Shown here piece by piece: positions 39,240 through 51,363 of a stretch of DNA of 64,000 bases. The translations under genes and the position numbers were made by a program. A model generated the notes under the pieces. The model saw only the letters and a list, made by a program, of their open reading frames with translations. It did not search any database and was not told the origin of the DNA. Each line of letters starts with the position of its first letter. Position 1 is the stretch's first letter. Source of the stretch: Curvularia clavata (taxonomy: Eukaryota); assembly GCA_023920165.1 (NCBI GenBank), contig CP089278.1:2728001-2792000 (forward strand). Direction: 5' to 3'.

Positions 39240-40274
39240 GGTGAGGGTGGCCGGCTAGTACGGTGATACGTGGCACAGGAGGACGAGGAGAGTCGCAGGA
39301 CCCGGGATGGTGAAAGAGCGGGTGGGAGGAGAGGGCTATTTGCTTTGCAGCATAGGGTCAACAAGGCACGGCGGGCACGGCGGGCAGCAAACACAACGCT
39401 GATGGCTGGAGTATATAACGCAGGGTGGGCTCAAGGCCTAGTGAAAAAGACTAAATGATCTATAATTGAGCTGTCGCAGATGTGGCCGTGTTGCAACCAA
39501 GCTCGTGCACAGGCAGGTTCCGGGGCCGGTGGCCACAACGTGGGTCGCTCCCTGTCAGCTGCCATTGGCCTCCACCATCAGCCGTCACGATGCCTCTACA
39601 CTGCTCCCGCCGATCCGGCTGCTCAGAATTCCCCCTTTGTGCCGTATTGAGGACCCTTTTTCCCACATTGCTGGTTTAGGCCATGCGCCTCGTATTGCTG
39701 CCAAGGGTCCACCTCGTCTTCGGACGGCGGGCCCATGCCCACTCGCAACATGTCACTGCCACTGTTTCGCCCTCTCTGCCTAAGCTTACCAGACGCAGCT
39801 GTTGGCCCACACTCGCCCACGCGGCCTCTTCCTTGCGGTGCAAAACGACTCGGCTGTTCGTCTCGATGTAGCATGGCAGCGAGAGAAGAGCAATGGAGGA
39901 TGCGCGACGAGGGAAATTTTAGCGGTGCAGATGACGTACCACTTGCCGTATCGATAGTGGGCATCATCACCGTGTCACACAGGCACGCAAGCCTCGTGCC
40001 CCATGGCAAATATAGGATCGTGGTTTCGGACCACGGACTGGTCTCAAATGCATCTGCTCTTGTACGAACAAGCAAAAACAGCTCCATCACGATCTGTTCC
40101 CCTGGCCCTGACAGAAGCCGGGGCACGTTGTCTTCACCACCACACGGCTTGGCTCGAGAACAGACGTACCACGCCCATGCGCTAGCCGCTTTGGGCCCTA
40201 GCCGCACCACGACGCCACCTTACTCACTCTCACTCAACTGCGGCTCCATCAGCATTCGATATACGCGTTCCAAC

Positions 40275-42344
40275 ATGGGCGGCGGCGAATCCATTGCCGA
40301 CCAAATACTCAGATCCTTCCGTCTTCCAGACGTGGTTGGATCCGAAACAAGCTCCAAGAAGCTCATCAATCTCTTGCGAGGGCATGTTCATTTCTCCATT
40401 TGCGCCTGCCATCCCTTATCATTTGTTTTCATGTCTCCGCATGTTCACCGTCGGACAATATGCGGCCCAATAGCACCTCTTGCCCCCGTGAGCAATTGCT
40501 AACGGCGACAGATGGCCAAACATATCTTTGCTCCCCATACAAATGCTGGATAAAGCAACCCACACTGTACTTCAGCGAAAACAGATTGCGTATCCGGCCA
40601 TGTGCTATGGACCAGATGCCGGTGATCCGCGACTGCGTGAAAACATCGCGCAATGGTTGACTGCCTTTTACAAGCCTGCGGACCCAGTCTCTGAAGACCG
40701 CATATGCATTTCTGGCGGTGCTTCGCAAAACTTGGCCTGCTTACTTCAAGATTTCACAGACCCCATCTATACGAGGAACGTGTGGATTGTGGCGCCAGCA
40801 TACATGCTGGCTTTCCGTATCTTTGAAGATGCCGGGTTTCACAAAAAGCTCCGGGCCGTTCCTGAAGACGAGGAGGGTATCGACATGGATTATTTACAAA
40901 GTCAGATCAAAGAAAGTGAAGACAAAGCAAAAGCAGAGTCCAACAATGAGCCGGTCAGTTGTCTGTTCATGTCATGTAGTGGATTCGCAACCGCACTCCT
41001 GCCCAGATCAACCATGCTTTCGAGCCCGTGACGACCTTTAGGTGGAACTGCTTTGCCTGTCTCTGCTAACACCATGAACAGCATTTCAAGCCTCAGCGCC
41101 CATTTAACAAAATATACAAACATATAATCTATGCTGTGCCAGGCTTTTCGAACCCCAGCTCCAAGACAATGAGCTTGCGAAGAAGGAAAGAACTCGTGCA
41201 TTTGGCAAGAGAATACGATGCGCTCATCATTACCGACGACGTATACGACTTCCTGCAATGGCCATCCAGCCTCACTTCCAGCACCCTTTCAATTGAAAAA
41301 GCCAGCTTACCTCGGATTGTAGACGTGGATAGATATCTTGATGGCGGTGCTGAAAGACAAGGCGCTGACGGATTCGGCAACGCCGTTTCGAACGGCTCCT
41401 TCTCTAAGATCTTTGGGCCGGGTCTCCGCACGGGGTGGTGTGAGGGCACCCCAAAGTTGGCCTATGCGGTTTCACAAACGTAAGCATACCTTCTCAGAAA
41501 CTTTGCCTCCGTGTTGCCCTTGTCATACACCATTCAGCGCATTCAATTTTCGTGGAGACGATATTAGCTTAATCATGCCCCGCTTCTCTATACAGTACCA
41601 GATTAGAGTCGATGTAGCCATGTCTCACCAAAAAAATCAGTACTTGTTAACGTTACTGCAGAGGATCCAGCCGGTCAGGAGGAGCCCCGAGTCAGCTCAC
41701 AGCTTGTTTTGTTGCCGAGACATTAGAAACCGGAGAACTACAGCGCTACGTGTATGACAAACTCCAGCCTGCGTACGGTAATCGGTACAGACATATGATT
41801 GAAGCCATCAATAAACATCTTACTCCTCTGGGCGTTCGACTTTCTCAGAGTGATCGCGAGATTGTGGGTGGATACTTCATCTGGCTCACGTTGCCTCCTC
41901 CCCTGAAGGGCGCTGATGTAACACAACGCGCAAAAGAGGATGACAATGTCGTCGTTGCACAAGTGAGTACAAGCCATGACCGTATACAAGGGCTTGATAC
42001 CGGTTTGGGCTAACGACGATGCTTACATAGGGCGAGATGTTCGAAGTGAGTCTTCTCCTCCACAATTCTGTACTCACTGCTAACAAGCCCAGGTCCCTGG
42101 CGACAACAAACATGAATGCACATCCTTCAGCAACGACATCAGAGTCTGCTTTGCGGTATGAGAACACACTTGCAGCCTTAGGCTTAAGCTGACTCGCTGC
42201 TAGTGGGAAGAAGTAGACATGCTCGCAGAAGGCATCGAGAGACTTGCCACCGTAATTCGCCGCATGCTAGATGAGGAGGCTCAGGGCGGCCGGGAAACCA
42301 GGCGGCCCGCTGGTCAAGCGGAGGATGCAAAGGACCTATGGTAA
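40275..42344 (+). CDS. PLP-dependent class I/II aminotransferase (Aro8/YER152C-like); exons 40275-40381, 40512-40953, 41082-41479, 41662-41962, 42031-42045, 42093-42155, 42204-42344
   Basis: Spliced 'LINLLRGWPN', 'YGPDAGDPRLR', 'ISGGASQNL', 'VPGFSNPS', 'IITDDVYDFL', PLP-lysine motif 'GSFSKIFGPGLRTGW', 'GGYFIWL'. First intron needs a GC donor. Start codon uncertain because the frame is open upstream. Confidence 0.88.
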
Positions 42345-44113
42345 ATGATTGGTGTTCTCTCTTTGAGCGGCACAAGAGCTCTATCGAGTGCGAGTTATGA
42401 TTGGCGAAACTATTGATAAGCTTCTAAAATAGCCACTGCGCCGCGGCATATAGGCGCAATCCAGACTCGACTCTTCCTGTTTGGATAATATTCGCTTGGC
42501 GAACCAGAGCGCAGTATGTATGCTTACTTGATGGGATTCCGCAATATGCATATAAAGGTTGTGTTAAGCTCAAGGGATCTACGCTCCGGGCGGTGGCTAA
42601 CCTTGTGTGTTTCATGCAAACAATACCCATGACCCACTGCTGCGCCCTGACTGAAATGAAAAAGCAGACTACCCGGCGGCGGCTCGAAACGGAGAAGCCG
42701 TTTCGTGTGAGCCTAAGGCGACGACTGGCAGATCAAGGCGTGCGATCATCTCTGCGTACCTGCATATGTAGTGTTATCGTACGGCATGGTGCATATGCGC
42801 GACGGAGCGTGTTTCTTTGACCTTGCTTTTGCCCATGCAAGGCTTGTTCAGCGTGGCAATAGAAGCAGTGGGTCTTTGTCTTCCCAGCGCACACTGTGGG
42901 GGGTCCGACGTGGCCAAGTGCACTGCGTAATGGGCAATGCATTGAGGCCCAGGCCTGCAAAAGGAGCATCGTGGTCGAGTGAATTCATGCCCAGCCTCAT
43001 GACTCTTACTGCGGGCCGCGGGTGTAGATGGGCGATTCGCAGCGCATCGGAACATCCATGGGCGGTCGCTCCACGGGTCGTCGCGTCGAATCGAGGCTTG
43101 TCTTCACGTGGCGCTGAAGCGCTGGCCAAAGGCCTCATCTCTAAAAACGGCCAACGAGGACCTGTAGTCTACATGTCCTGGCGTTTCATTGCCGTCGCAC
43201 CTCCGGCACTCGGGAGTGGCGCTACCAACCATACCCCTGTCTTAGATCCAGGGACAAACGCTCGCCGCGCAGCCTCTGAACATCCTCCACCACTCACTGG
43301 CCTATCCCACCCGCTTGTTTCACGCGGAGAGAGGGCATCTACGGAAATATACCCGTCTTCTCCATTAGTGCACACCCTAAGTAATTTTGGATCGACGCCA
43401 GCGAAACCAGGCCACAATCAAACGACGCCTCCCACGGCTGCCCCAGGGGTGCTGATGCGACTTGCAGACATGACCACACGCCCTCACCATGGCACATGGA
43501 AAGGCCATGAGGCATTGTACGAAGACAATGACGCGCAAAGATATGATGAAGAGGCTGTCAAAGGCCGCTTCTGCCAAAGTGAAAGCACAGAGGGAAACGT
43601 GACATATCTATTTGGGGTCAAATATGGCAAACATGATTCACGGCCAGCACAGCGACAACTACACCCCGCTAATTCGAAACATGAAACAGGCAGTGTCCAG
43701 AAATATGATTGGCCAAGCAAATCCTTTGTGAGTTCTCTCGCAGATAACATCGCGTACTTATACAAGGCCACTGTGCCCCTTTCGTCGACTTTACCCCCTC
43801 ACGCAGGTTCGCTGTCACCCCTTTCAACACTCATTGTGTTGCTTCACTTCTTGTTGTTCACCGTCATTCATTACCATTGTTGGGTGCCTTTTTTTTCGTT
43901 TGCGCTCACAATCACATTCTCACTATTTTCTTCCACATTCGTTGCTAGTCAACCGTTCACTCGACACAACCACTTGCGCATCTTTACACATTACCCAATA
44001 CAGCAAACAAGCCAAATCGTCTCTTGCAGGTCAACTGACGACCACAACTCCAGTCACTTGGATCACTCTCTCCAAATTTTTCAACTTCGAAATTCAACCT
44101 ACGCACTGCCATC

Positions 44114-46453
44114 ATGGTGGCCTTCGGTGCTTCAGCGTTTCTACTGACGCTTCGCGTCCTCCTCTCCGCAGCCCCGTCTGCCGCAGCTCCCGTTGCCCAA
44201 GCACCAGCAGCACCAGCACCAGCGGCTGGTAGCTCTGGTTTCTGGATGCAGTCCATCAAGCGTCAAGGCCAGGCCGCTTTCAACCCCAACCCACAATCTT
44301 ACCAGGTCTTCCGCAATGTCAAGGAACTGGGAGCAAAGGGCGATGGTGTCACTGATGACACCGACATTATCAACAAGATTATTGCTGACGGCAACCGCTG
44401 TGGTGAGGGCTGTGACTCTTCGACCACTACCCCTGCTCTCGTCTACTTCCCCGCCGGTACCTACATCATCAGCAAGCCCATCATCCAATACTACTATACC
44501 CAGTTTGTTGGTGACCCATTGAACATGCCTGTCCTGAAGGCCACCGCCAACTTTGAGGGTATGGGCTTAATCGATGCGGATCCCTACATTCCAGGTGGCG
44601 ATGGCGCCAACTGGTACACTAACCAGAACAACTTCTATCGCCAGGTCCGCAACTTTGTCATCGATATCTCCGCTACGAAGGTTGCCGCCGGTATTCACTG
44701 GCAGGTCTCTCAGGCCACCAGTCTGCAGAACATTGTCTTCGAGATGGCCAAGGGCGATGCCGGCAAGGACCAGAAGGGTATCTTCCAGGACAACGGCTCT
44801 GGCGGCTTCATGTCCGACCTGGTATTCAACGGTGGTGCTATTGGCGCTTTCATGGGCTCCCAGCAATTCACCATCCGCAACATGACTTTCAACGACTGCG
44901 GCACTGCCATCTTCCAGAACTGGAACTGGGTTTTCACATACAAGAGCATCTCCATCAACAACTGCAAGGTCGGCATCGACATGGCCAACAGCCCCGCCAA
45001 CCAGACTGTCGGTTCCGTGCTCCTTCTCGACAGCAAGATCGCCAACACTCCTATCGGCATCAACTCTTCCTTCACCGAGAATAGTGTTCCCACTACCGGT
45101 GGTACTCTTATCCTCGACAACGTTGACTTTGCCGGCTGCGAGAAGGCCATCGTTGGAGCTACCGGTAACACCATCCTTGAAGGCGGTCGCAAAATCGAGG
45201 CCTGGGCTCAGGGTAATGCTCTTGCCGCTGGATCGACCCAGGGCCGTGTTCAGGGTGATATCACTGGTGCGCCCACGAAGCCCCAGAGCCTCCAGGGCGA
45301 GAATGGCTGGTTCGAGCGCAGCAAGCCCCAGTACGAGAACGTTGACGTCTCCAAGTTCATCTCTCTTAAGTCCAAGGGTGCCAAGGGTGATGGCAAGACT
45401 GACGACACTGCCGCTATCCAGTCTGCTATTGATGGCCTTCAGGATGGCGAGGTTCTTCACGTCGACCACGGTACCTACCTCATCACCAAGACCATCACTA
45501 TTCCCGCTGAGAAGAACGTCAAGATGGTTGGTGAAATCTACAGTACTCTTCTCATTACTGGCGAATTCTTCTCTAAGATGGATGACCCTAAGCCCGGTTT
45601 CCAGGTTGGTACCAAGAGCGGCGACAAGGGCAGCTTCGAGGCCTCCGACCTCATCATCGGCACTCAGGGTCCTGCTCCCGGTGGTATCCTGATGGAGTGG
45701 AACATCAACGCCGAGAACGGTGCCGCCGGTCTTTGGGATGTTCACTTCCGTGTTGGTGGCTACGCCGGTACCAATCTTCAGTCATCCAACTGCAAGAAGA
45801 ATCCCGACGCCCAGCACGAGCCTAACCCAGAGTGCATCGGTACCTTTATGCAACTCCACATCACCAAGAACTCCAACGGTTACTTTGAGAATGTCTGGCT
45901 CTGGACTGCTGATCACGAACTCGACCAGGATGACCACTCCCAGATCGACATCTACAACGGTCGCGGCATGCTTGTCGAGTCGCAAGGTCCAGTATGGATG
46001 TACGGAACTGCTTCTGAGCACTCGCAGATGTCGCAGTACCAGTTCTCTGGTGCCAAGGACATTTTCTACGGTGCCATCCAGACCGAGACTCCCTACTACC
46101 AGCCCAACCCCACCGCCTCCGTTCCCTTCACCAAGAACGACAAGTTCTTCGACCCTGACATGAGCCAAGCCAAGGCTGCCTGGGCCGTCCGTGTTACTGA
46201 TGGTAGTGAGAGCATTTGGAGCTACGGTGCGGGTACCTACTCGTTCTTCCAGAACTACGACCAAGACTGTGTTGTTGGCCAGAACTGCCAAGAACACATC
46301 AACGAAGTTGTGAACTCGACCAACGTCAACTGGTTCGGCCTCTCAACAAAGGCTTCCGTCAACATGATCACATCAGGTGGCCAGGGCCTCGCTAAGGACA
46401 AGGACAACCGATCTAACTTCTGCGCCACACTGGCTATTTTTGCTCAGGCATAG
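44114..46453 (+). CDS. Secreted GH55 exo-beta-1,3-glucanase
   Basis: Signal peptide; two beta-helix openers 'VFRNVKELGAKGDGVTDDT' and 'GAKGDGKTDDT'; 'NQNNFYRQVRN', 'HWQVSQATSLQN', 'ENVWLWTADH', 'GTASEH', 'IQTETPYYQPNP'; strong codon bias. Confidence 0.96.
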   Translation: MVAFGASAFLLTLRVLLSAAPSAAAPVAQAPAAPAPAAGSSGFWMQSIKRQGQAAFNPNPQSYQVFRNVKELGAKGDGVTDDTDIINKIIADGNRCGEGCDSSTTTPALVYFPAGTYIISKPIIQYYYTQFVGDPLNMPVLKATANFEGMGLIDADPYIPGGDGANWYTNQNNFYRQVRNFVIDISATKVAAGIHWQVSQATSLQNIVFEMAKGDAGKDQKGIFQDNGSGGFMSDLVFNGGAIGAFMGSQQFTIRNMTFNDCGTAIFQNWNWVFTYKSISINNCKVGIDMANSPANQTVGSVLLLDSKIANTPIGINSSFTENSVPTTGGTLILDNVDFAGCEKAIVGATGNTILEGGRKIEAWAQGNALAAGSTQGRVQGDITGAPTKPQSLQGENGWFERSKPQYENVDVSKFISLKSKGAKGDGKTDDTAAIQSAIDGLQDGEVLHVDHGTYLITKTITIPAEKNVKMVGEIYSTLLITGEFFSKMDDPKPGFQVGTKSGDKGSFEASDLIIGTQGPAPGGILMEWNINAENGAAGLWDVHFRVGGYAGTNLQSSNCKKNPDAQHEPNPECIGTFMQLHITKNSNGYFENVWLWTADHELDQDDHSQIDIYNGRGMLVESQGPVWMYGTASEHSQMSQYQFSGAKDIFYGAIQTETPYYQPNPTASVPFTKNDKFFDPDMSQAKAAWAVRVTDGSESIWSYGAGTYSFFQNYDQDCVVGQNCQEHINEVVNSTNVNWFGLSTKASVNMITSGGQGLAKDKDNRSNFCATLAIFAQA

Positions 46454-47018
46454 AATGCTGAGCAGATTTTCCAGACGAACAGTCGAAGCCGCTCCTGTTG
46501 AATCGCTGACATAGAGTGCCATATTTTTCTTTCCCTCGGTTTTTCTCGAGGGCCCCTTTTTGCTTTCTTTGTGTACAAGCATATACCATATACATATGAG
46601 CCCCTTTCTTTTCTTGTGTCTTCCTTATTTTATTTACATAGGAAGCACGCACACTCGCTTTTGGGAGGAAACTCAGTACGATTCATTAAATATATACCCC
46701 AGGGCGTGGTGTAGAGGACGAAAGGGTTGATGAACGATGTGGAGTTTGGGACTGGTTCCTTTCTTTTTAGGATATTTGTGGAAAAAACATGCGAAGAATA
46801 GAAATGTTTCTTCAGATATTTGCTTTTTGATGTGTGATGTGTGACTCGAATTGAATGGATACATGCATGTCTTGGTGTCCAGGTTGCTCTAATAGATCGT
46901 CACTCTAAAGGGTGGGGATGGTGTTGGCCTGCACGGAGGTGTGCGGGGAAAAGGTCGGAGCTTGGTCTCGACGCCAAAAAAAGTTCCCGGTCGCTTCCTG
47001 TCCAGCGCGACAGCTTCC

Positions 47019-48791
47019 ATGTCTCTCTACTACGAGGCCGCGGCTATTCTCGCCAATATCGACAATGTCGGTGGATCGCTCAAGTCGCGCATCTACGGCA
47101 AGAAAGACTTGAAGAGCACACCGGGACAGCTCTTTGCGCTCATCGCGGAAACGTCCAAATGGTCTCTCGTACTGAAGGACGTGATTGAGAAGTGCAAGTT
47201 GCTTGCGGAAGAGAAGAAAGTCCGTACTCTGAAAGCTCTTCAGCCAAACAATCATACTTACGTGTCTTAGCTCACTCCAATCCTCAGTCTGTTGCTCACA
47301 CATGATCTCCTCCTCGCGAAGAACGGTGTCGCGGCCCACGCCAACCATGTCCTTAAACTCGCCATCACCCGACACAAAGCACGCCTGAGCGCCGAACTGA
47401 CCAAAGCGCGCATACGATATGGCTATGCGACTCTTGATGCTTTCAGGGAGGCAGTAAATGACGGCGAGTTGGACAAAGAAGAGGGCAATGCTCGGAAGAG
47501 TCGACATCCCCGCTGGGTGCGCGTCAACACAATTAAGACGACACTAAAAGAACAGCTCGCGACGACGTTCGCCGGATACACCAAGACGGAAGTCCTAGAG
47601 GAGGTACTCACTGCGCCGAAGAACTCAAAAATCTACTACGAAGACCCGAACATCCCCAATCTACTCGCATTGCCTGCCAAGATTGATCTCAGCAGATCAA
47701 TTGGTTACACAAAGGGTCAGATTATATTCCAGGACAAAGCGTCGTGTTTTCCTGCATATCTACTAGATCCAAGCCCAGACGATGGTGATGTCATCGATGC
47801 GACTGCGGCACCAGGAAACAAGACCACTCATCTGGCCGCAATTGTTTCGAATAGGAGACAGCCAGGTGAGGAACAAAAGGTCATCGCTTTTGAACGTGAC
47901 AAAGGCAGGACCTTTACTTTGCAAAAGATGGTCAAGTTGGCGTCAGCGGACAGCATTGTTCAAGTAAAGGGCAACAGCGATTTTATAGCCGCCAAGCCTG
48001 GATCGGACGAATACGCCAATGTCGGTGCTATACTTCTGGACCCGAGCTGTTCGGGTACTGGCATTGTGGGACGGGATGATGCGATCAGAATGCATCTTCC
48101 TGAGGCACCTGGCTCTCAAGCACCATTGCAAAAGTCAGAGAAAGGTAAAAAGCGGAAGAGAGGTGACGACGCAGTGAAGGCTGATGCGCAACCAACGCTG
48201 AACTTGGATATGGACGATTCGGCGCCAGAAGAGACACCAATGCAGGGCAAACTGACAGAGCGACTCGCGGCCTTGGCTAGCTTCCAACTTCACATTCTCA
48301 CCCACGCCATGCGATTCGAGAGTGCCCACAAGATTACCTACTCCACCTGCTCGATACATTTCGAGGAGAACGAAGGCGTTGTTTTCCAAGCGTTAGCATC
48401 TGCAGTTGCAAAGGAGCGGGGATGGAGGATACTCAAGAGAGACCAGCAGGTAGATGGTTTGAAAAAATGGCACAGAAGGGGTGTTTGGGAGGAAGACAAG
48501 TATCATGGTGATTTGGACGAGGCGGTCAAGGAAGATGTGCTAGAAGCCTGTATTCGTTGCGACAAGGGCACCGATGAGGGCACGATGGGTTTCTTCGTGG
48601 CTGCTTTTGTCCGTGAAGGTGAGCAGTATCCAAGCCAAGTTACTGAAGTTCCAGTACAGGAGGAAGAGGAAGTGGAATGGGGTGGCTTCAGTGACGACAA
48701 TGATGTTGAAGAGGTAGAGCAGGTCGAAGTAAAGGTGACTACAGACTCTGGGACACATAAGAAAAAGAAGCACAAACATAGTAAAAAATGA
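47019..48791 (+). CDS. RCM1: 25S rRNA cytosine-C5 methyltransferase Rcm1/NSUN5; exons 47019-47219, 47271-48791
   Basis: 'MSLYYEAA', 'PRWVRVNT', 'FQDKASCFPA', motif I 'DATAAPGNKT', motif IV 'LDPSCSGTG', motif VI 'YSTCSIHFEENE'; intron 47220-47270. Confidence 0.93.
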
Positions 48792-49009
48792 TCTAGATAG
48801 CGGGGAAGCAAACGAACGATTGGAACTCACCGCAAGTGAAGGTGCGATCCCAAGATTCGGACCATGGCAAGAGCCGCGGGCCTAACGTAAACACCCTAAG
48901 CAATTGCAACCACACTGCGTATTCAATTGCAGTCCCTGTATACCTGGGCCTCGGTCTTCAACCGCATCACTAATCTTTTGTTCTCGCGCACTACATCGGT
49001 GCCCTCAAT

Positions 49010-51363
49010 ATGGCACCAGACCGCGCCTCAAACATATCAGTCCCTCTGACTACGTCTACAACTCCCACCTCAGACTCACCTTCCAATCCAAATCTCTCTC
49101 GACCTAGGCTCAAGGAAATTACAAAATGGATTCGCGACGAACTAGACTTACAAGTGGCTCGCGAAGGCCCTGATGTACTACGGCCCGACGACGTCCTCAC
49201 CCTTCACGAGACCTTCCTTGCACTCCAAAACGCACAGAAAATCGGTATCTCCGACTTGAGAGCAACCGGAATCCACAAAGCGGTACAGGAAATCGCTGGA
49301 GTAGCGACCCGTTGGCCTGGCCGGTTGTGCGACGACTGTGATAAGATTATCAAAATCTGGACGGCCAAGTTTGGCCCTCTCAGCGCAATTCACCCATTTC
49401 TATACGGAAGGGGCGGTAGGCTTGAGGGGATTGCTAGCGTACATGAGCAATCTCGCGATGTAACTCATCGATCCTCTCACTTCGTTCCTGGGCTAACCTT
49501 AGCGACCAGGCGCTACTCAAGCGGTGGGCTAGGACATGCCCCCAGACCATTCACCCCAAACGATCTCATAGACTAGGCGACCTAGGCTTCATTGCTGGAA
49601 GGTGAGGGCAGCCACAGCATCATGACTAGTTCGACGTTGACAAACTCTGTAGCTGGTGGATCAGCCCCTTGTTCGCACACCATGCTGGCATTATTGGCCT
49701 CGAATCATGTGACGGTGGCACGACATACGACAAGCATGGGGCTTATGCACTGTTACTTAAAGACACGGGTGAAATGGAGGCCAGCAACGAATCGCGATTC
49801 ACCTATCGGGTTCCGCAGAATGACAAAGGCAAATTTCGCCTCACCGCCGCTACTCCAAGAAGTAGAGATCCGGTGCGGGTGCTTCGCAGCCATAGTATCA
49901 ATAGTATATGGGGCCCAAAAGCTGGTGTACGGTATGAAGGCCTGTTCAGTGTCAAAGGCTGGTCCATCAAACAGGCAAAGAGCTCTGACACGTCTGGAGG
50001 ACGTTGGAAAGAAGGCGACATCCTCTTCGATGTGAAATTCGAGCGTATTGACCAGACGCCTATGGAGGTGGTCATCAACCGGCCTACTGCCACTGAACTT
50101 GACGATTACGCGGAATACAAACGCCTGCGCAAACTGCACTACAATGCGAAGCATGAAGAAGCAAAGACGACAATCAACAGTCAGGACATGCACCCCGTTT
50201 TCAAGCCTAGTTCCATTATGCCACCACTATCTCCGCTGGTAGTACCGACTCCGCTTCTGCTTGATCTTCCCCCGAGCGAGATTCGTAAAGGTATGGTCAA
50301 GCGTCTTCATTTCGATGAAGAACCACGCATTCGTGTCATTCCTGATGAAGAGGCTCTTTCACCGATGACCGCTCCTAGCAGAGACCCACTGCATGTCGCA
50401 GTGGTAGACAAAAAGAGTACACGGGCGGTTCCCTCTGAACCCAGTCGAGCAAAAATTCACAAAAAAGCCGACCCGTTATCCAACAGTCCAGTTGGGCGTT
50501 CAAGCCCTGTTGGCTCTAACGGAAGCAGCACACATACGACTGACAGTACCAAACCCAAAGTCGACATTCGAGAAGTAGCTCCGTGGATTGATTTTGATGC
50601 TGACCTAACTATACCGTCCGAGGAACCACTCATAGTTCATCAGCGTCCTATCATTATCCAGACAGGCATCACCTCAGGACTAACCAACGCGCAAGGAAGC
50701 AGTTCGCCTAAGCCTGTATCTCGAGAGCACTTGCAAATTCCTATAGAAGCTGTTCCGCCTAGCGCTCCTGAGGATCAACATGAGAGGAAGAAGAACGGTG
50801 AGACCAAAGGGTTGCTGGGAGAAGGCCTTCATCTCCCGCACGCGTTGAAAAAGGATAAGAGAAAGAGTGTTGCTAGCCGGGGTCTAGATATAATGTCGAG
50901 GCTGTTCGATGGTATGTTGGACGAGGGTGAATCGGATAAACCAACGAAACATACGCTGGAAAAGCCTGCTTCTTCTTGGACGGACACATTACATCTTCAC
51001 CCTGATGGTGTGCACAGAACATCCAGCCCAAACAGCTTGCTTAAGCTATGTCGTCACAATTCGATCTGTGATATCAACGAGTTTGCTCGCGACACTGCCC
51101 CCACCGTGGCGCCAGACAACAACAGCGCTGTTATTGTAGTCGCCGTCCCTTACGAGGACCCTTTCATCGAGATTTCAACCCTGCGGCGACCCAAGACAAG
51201 GCCAATGTCTGTTAAAAATCCAATCTCACAGCCTAGCCCAGCAGTAACTGCGGGTAGTGCAACTTATGCATCTGTTCTGGGCCGTCCTGGCTCTCAAACT
51301 AAACATACTGGAGAAGGTTCCTTGGCGGAGAGTCATTTGAGGAAGATGGTACAGCAACGTTGA
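49010..51363 (+). CDS. SRA/YDG (PUA-like) domain protein with helical N-terminus and long disordered tail; exons 49010-49459, 49510-49601, 49653-51363
   Basis: Spliced 'GDLGFIAGSWWISPLFAHHAGII...GAYALLL...PVRVLRS...GPKAGVRYEGLFSV' follows the SRA pattern (PVRVIR...GxRYDGLY); two canonical introns. Confidence 0.78.

Noticed and set aside
40954..41661. Stwintron or recursive splicing in the long aminotransferase introns
   Set aside because: Internal AG sites do not regenerate a credible donor or preserve the frame.
44567..45745. 392-aa antisense ORF within GH55
   Set aside because: Explained by strong C-ending codon bias on the sense strand.
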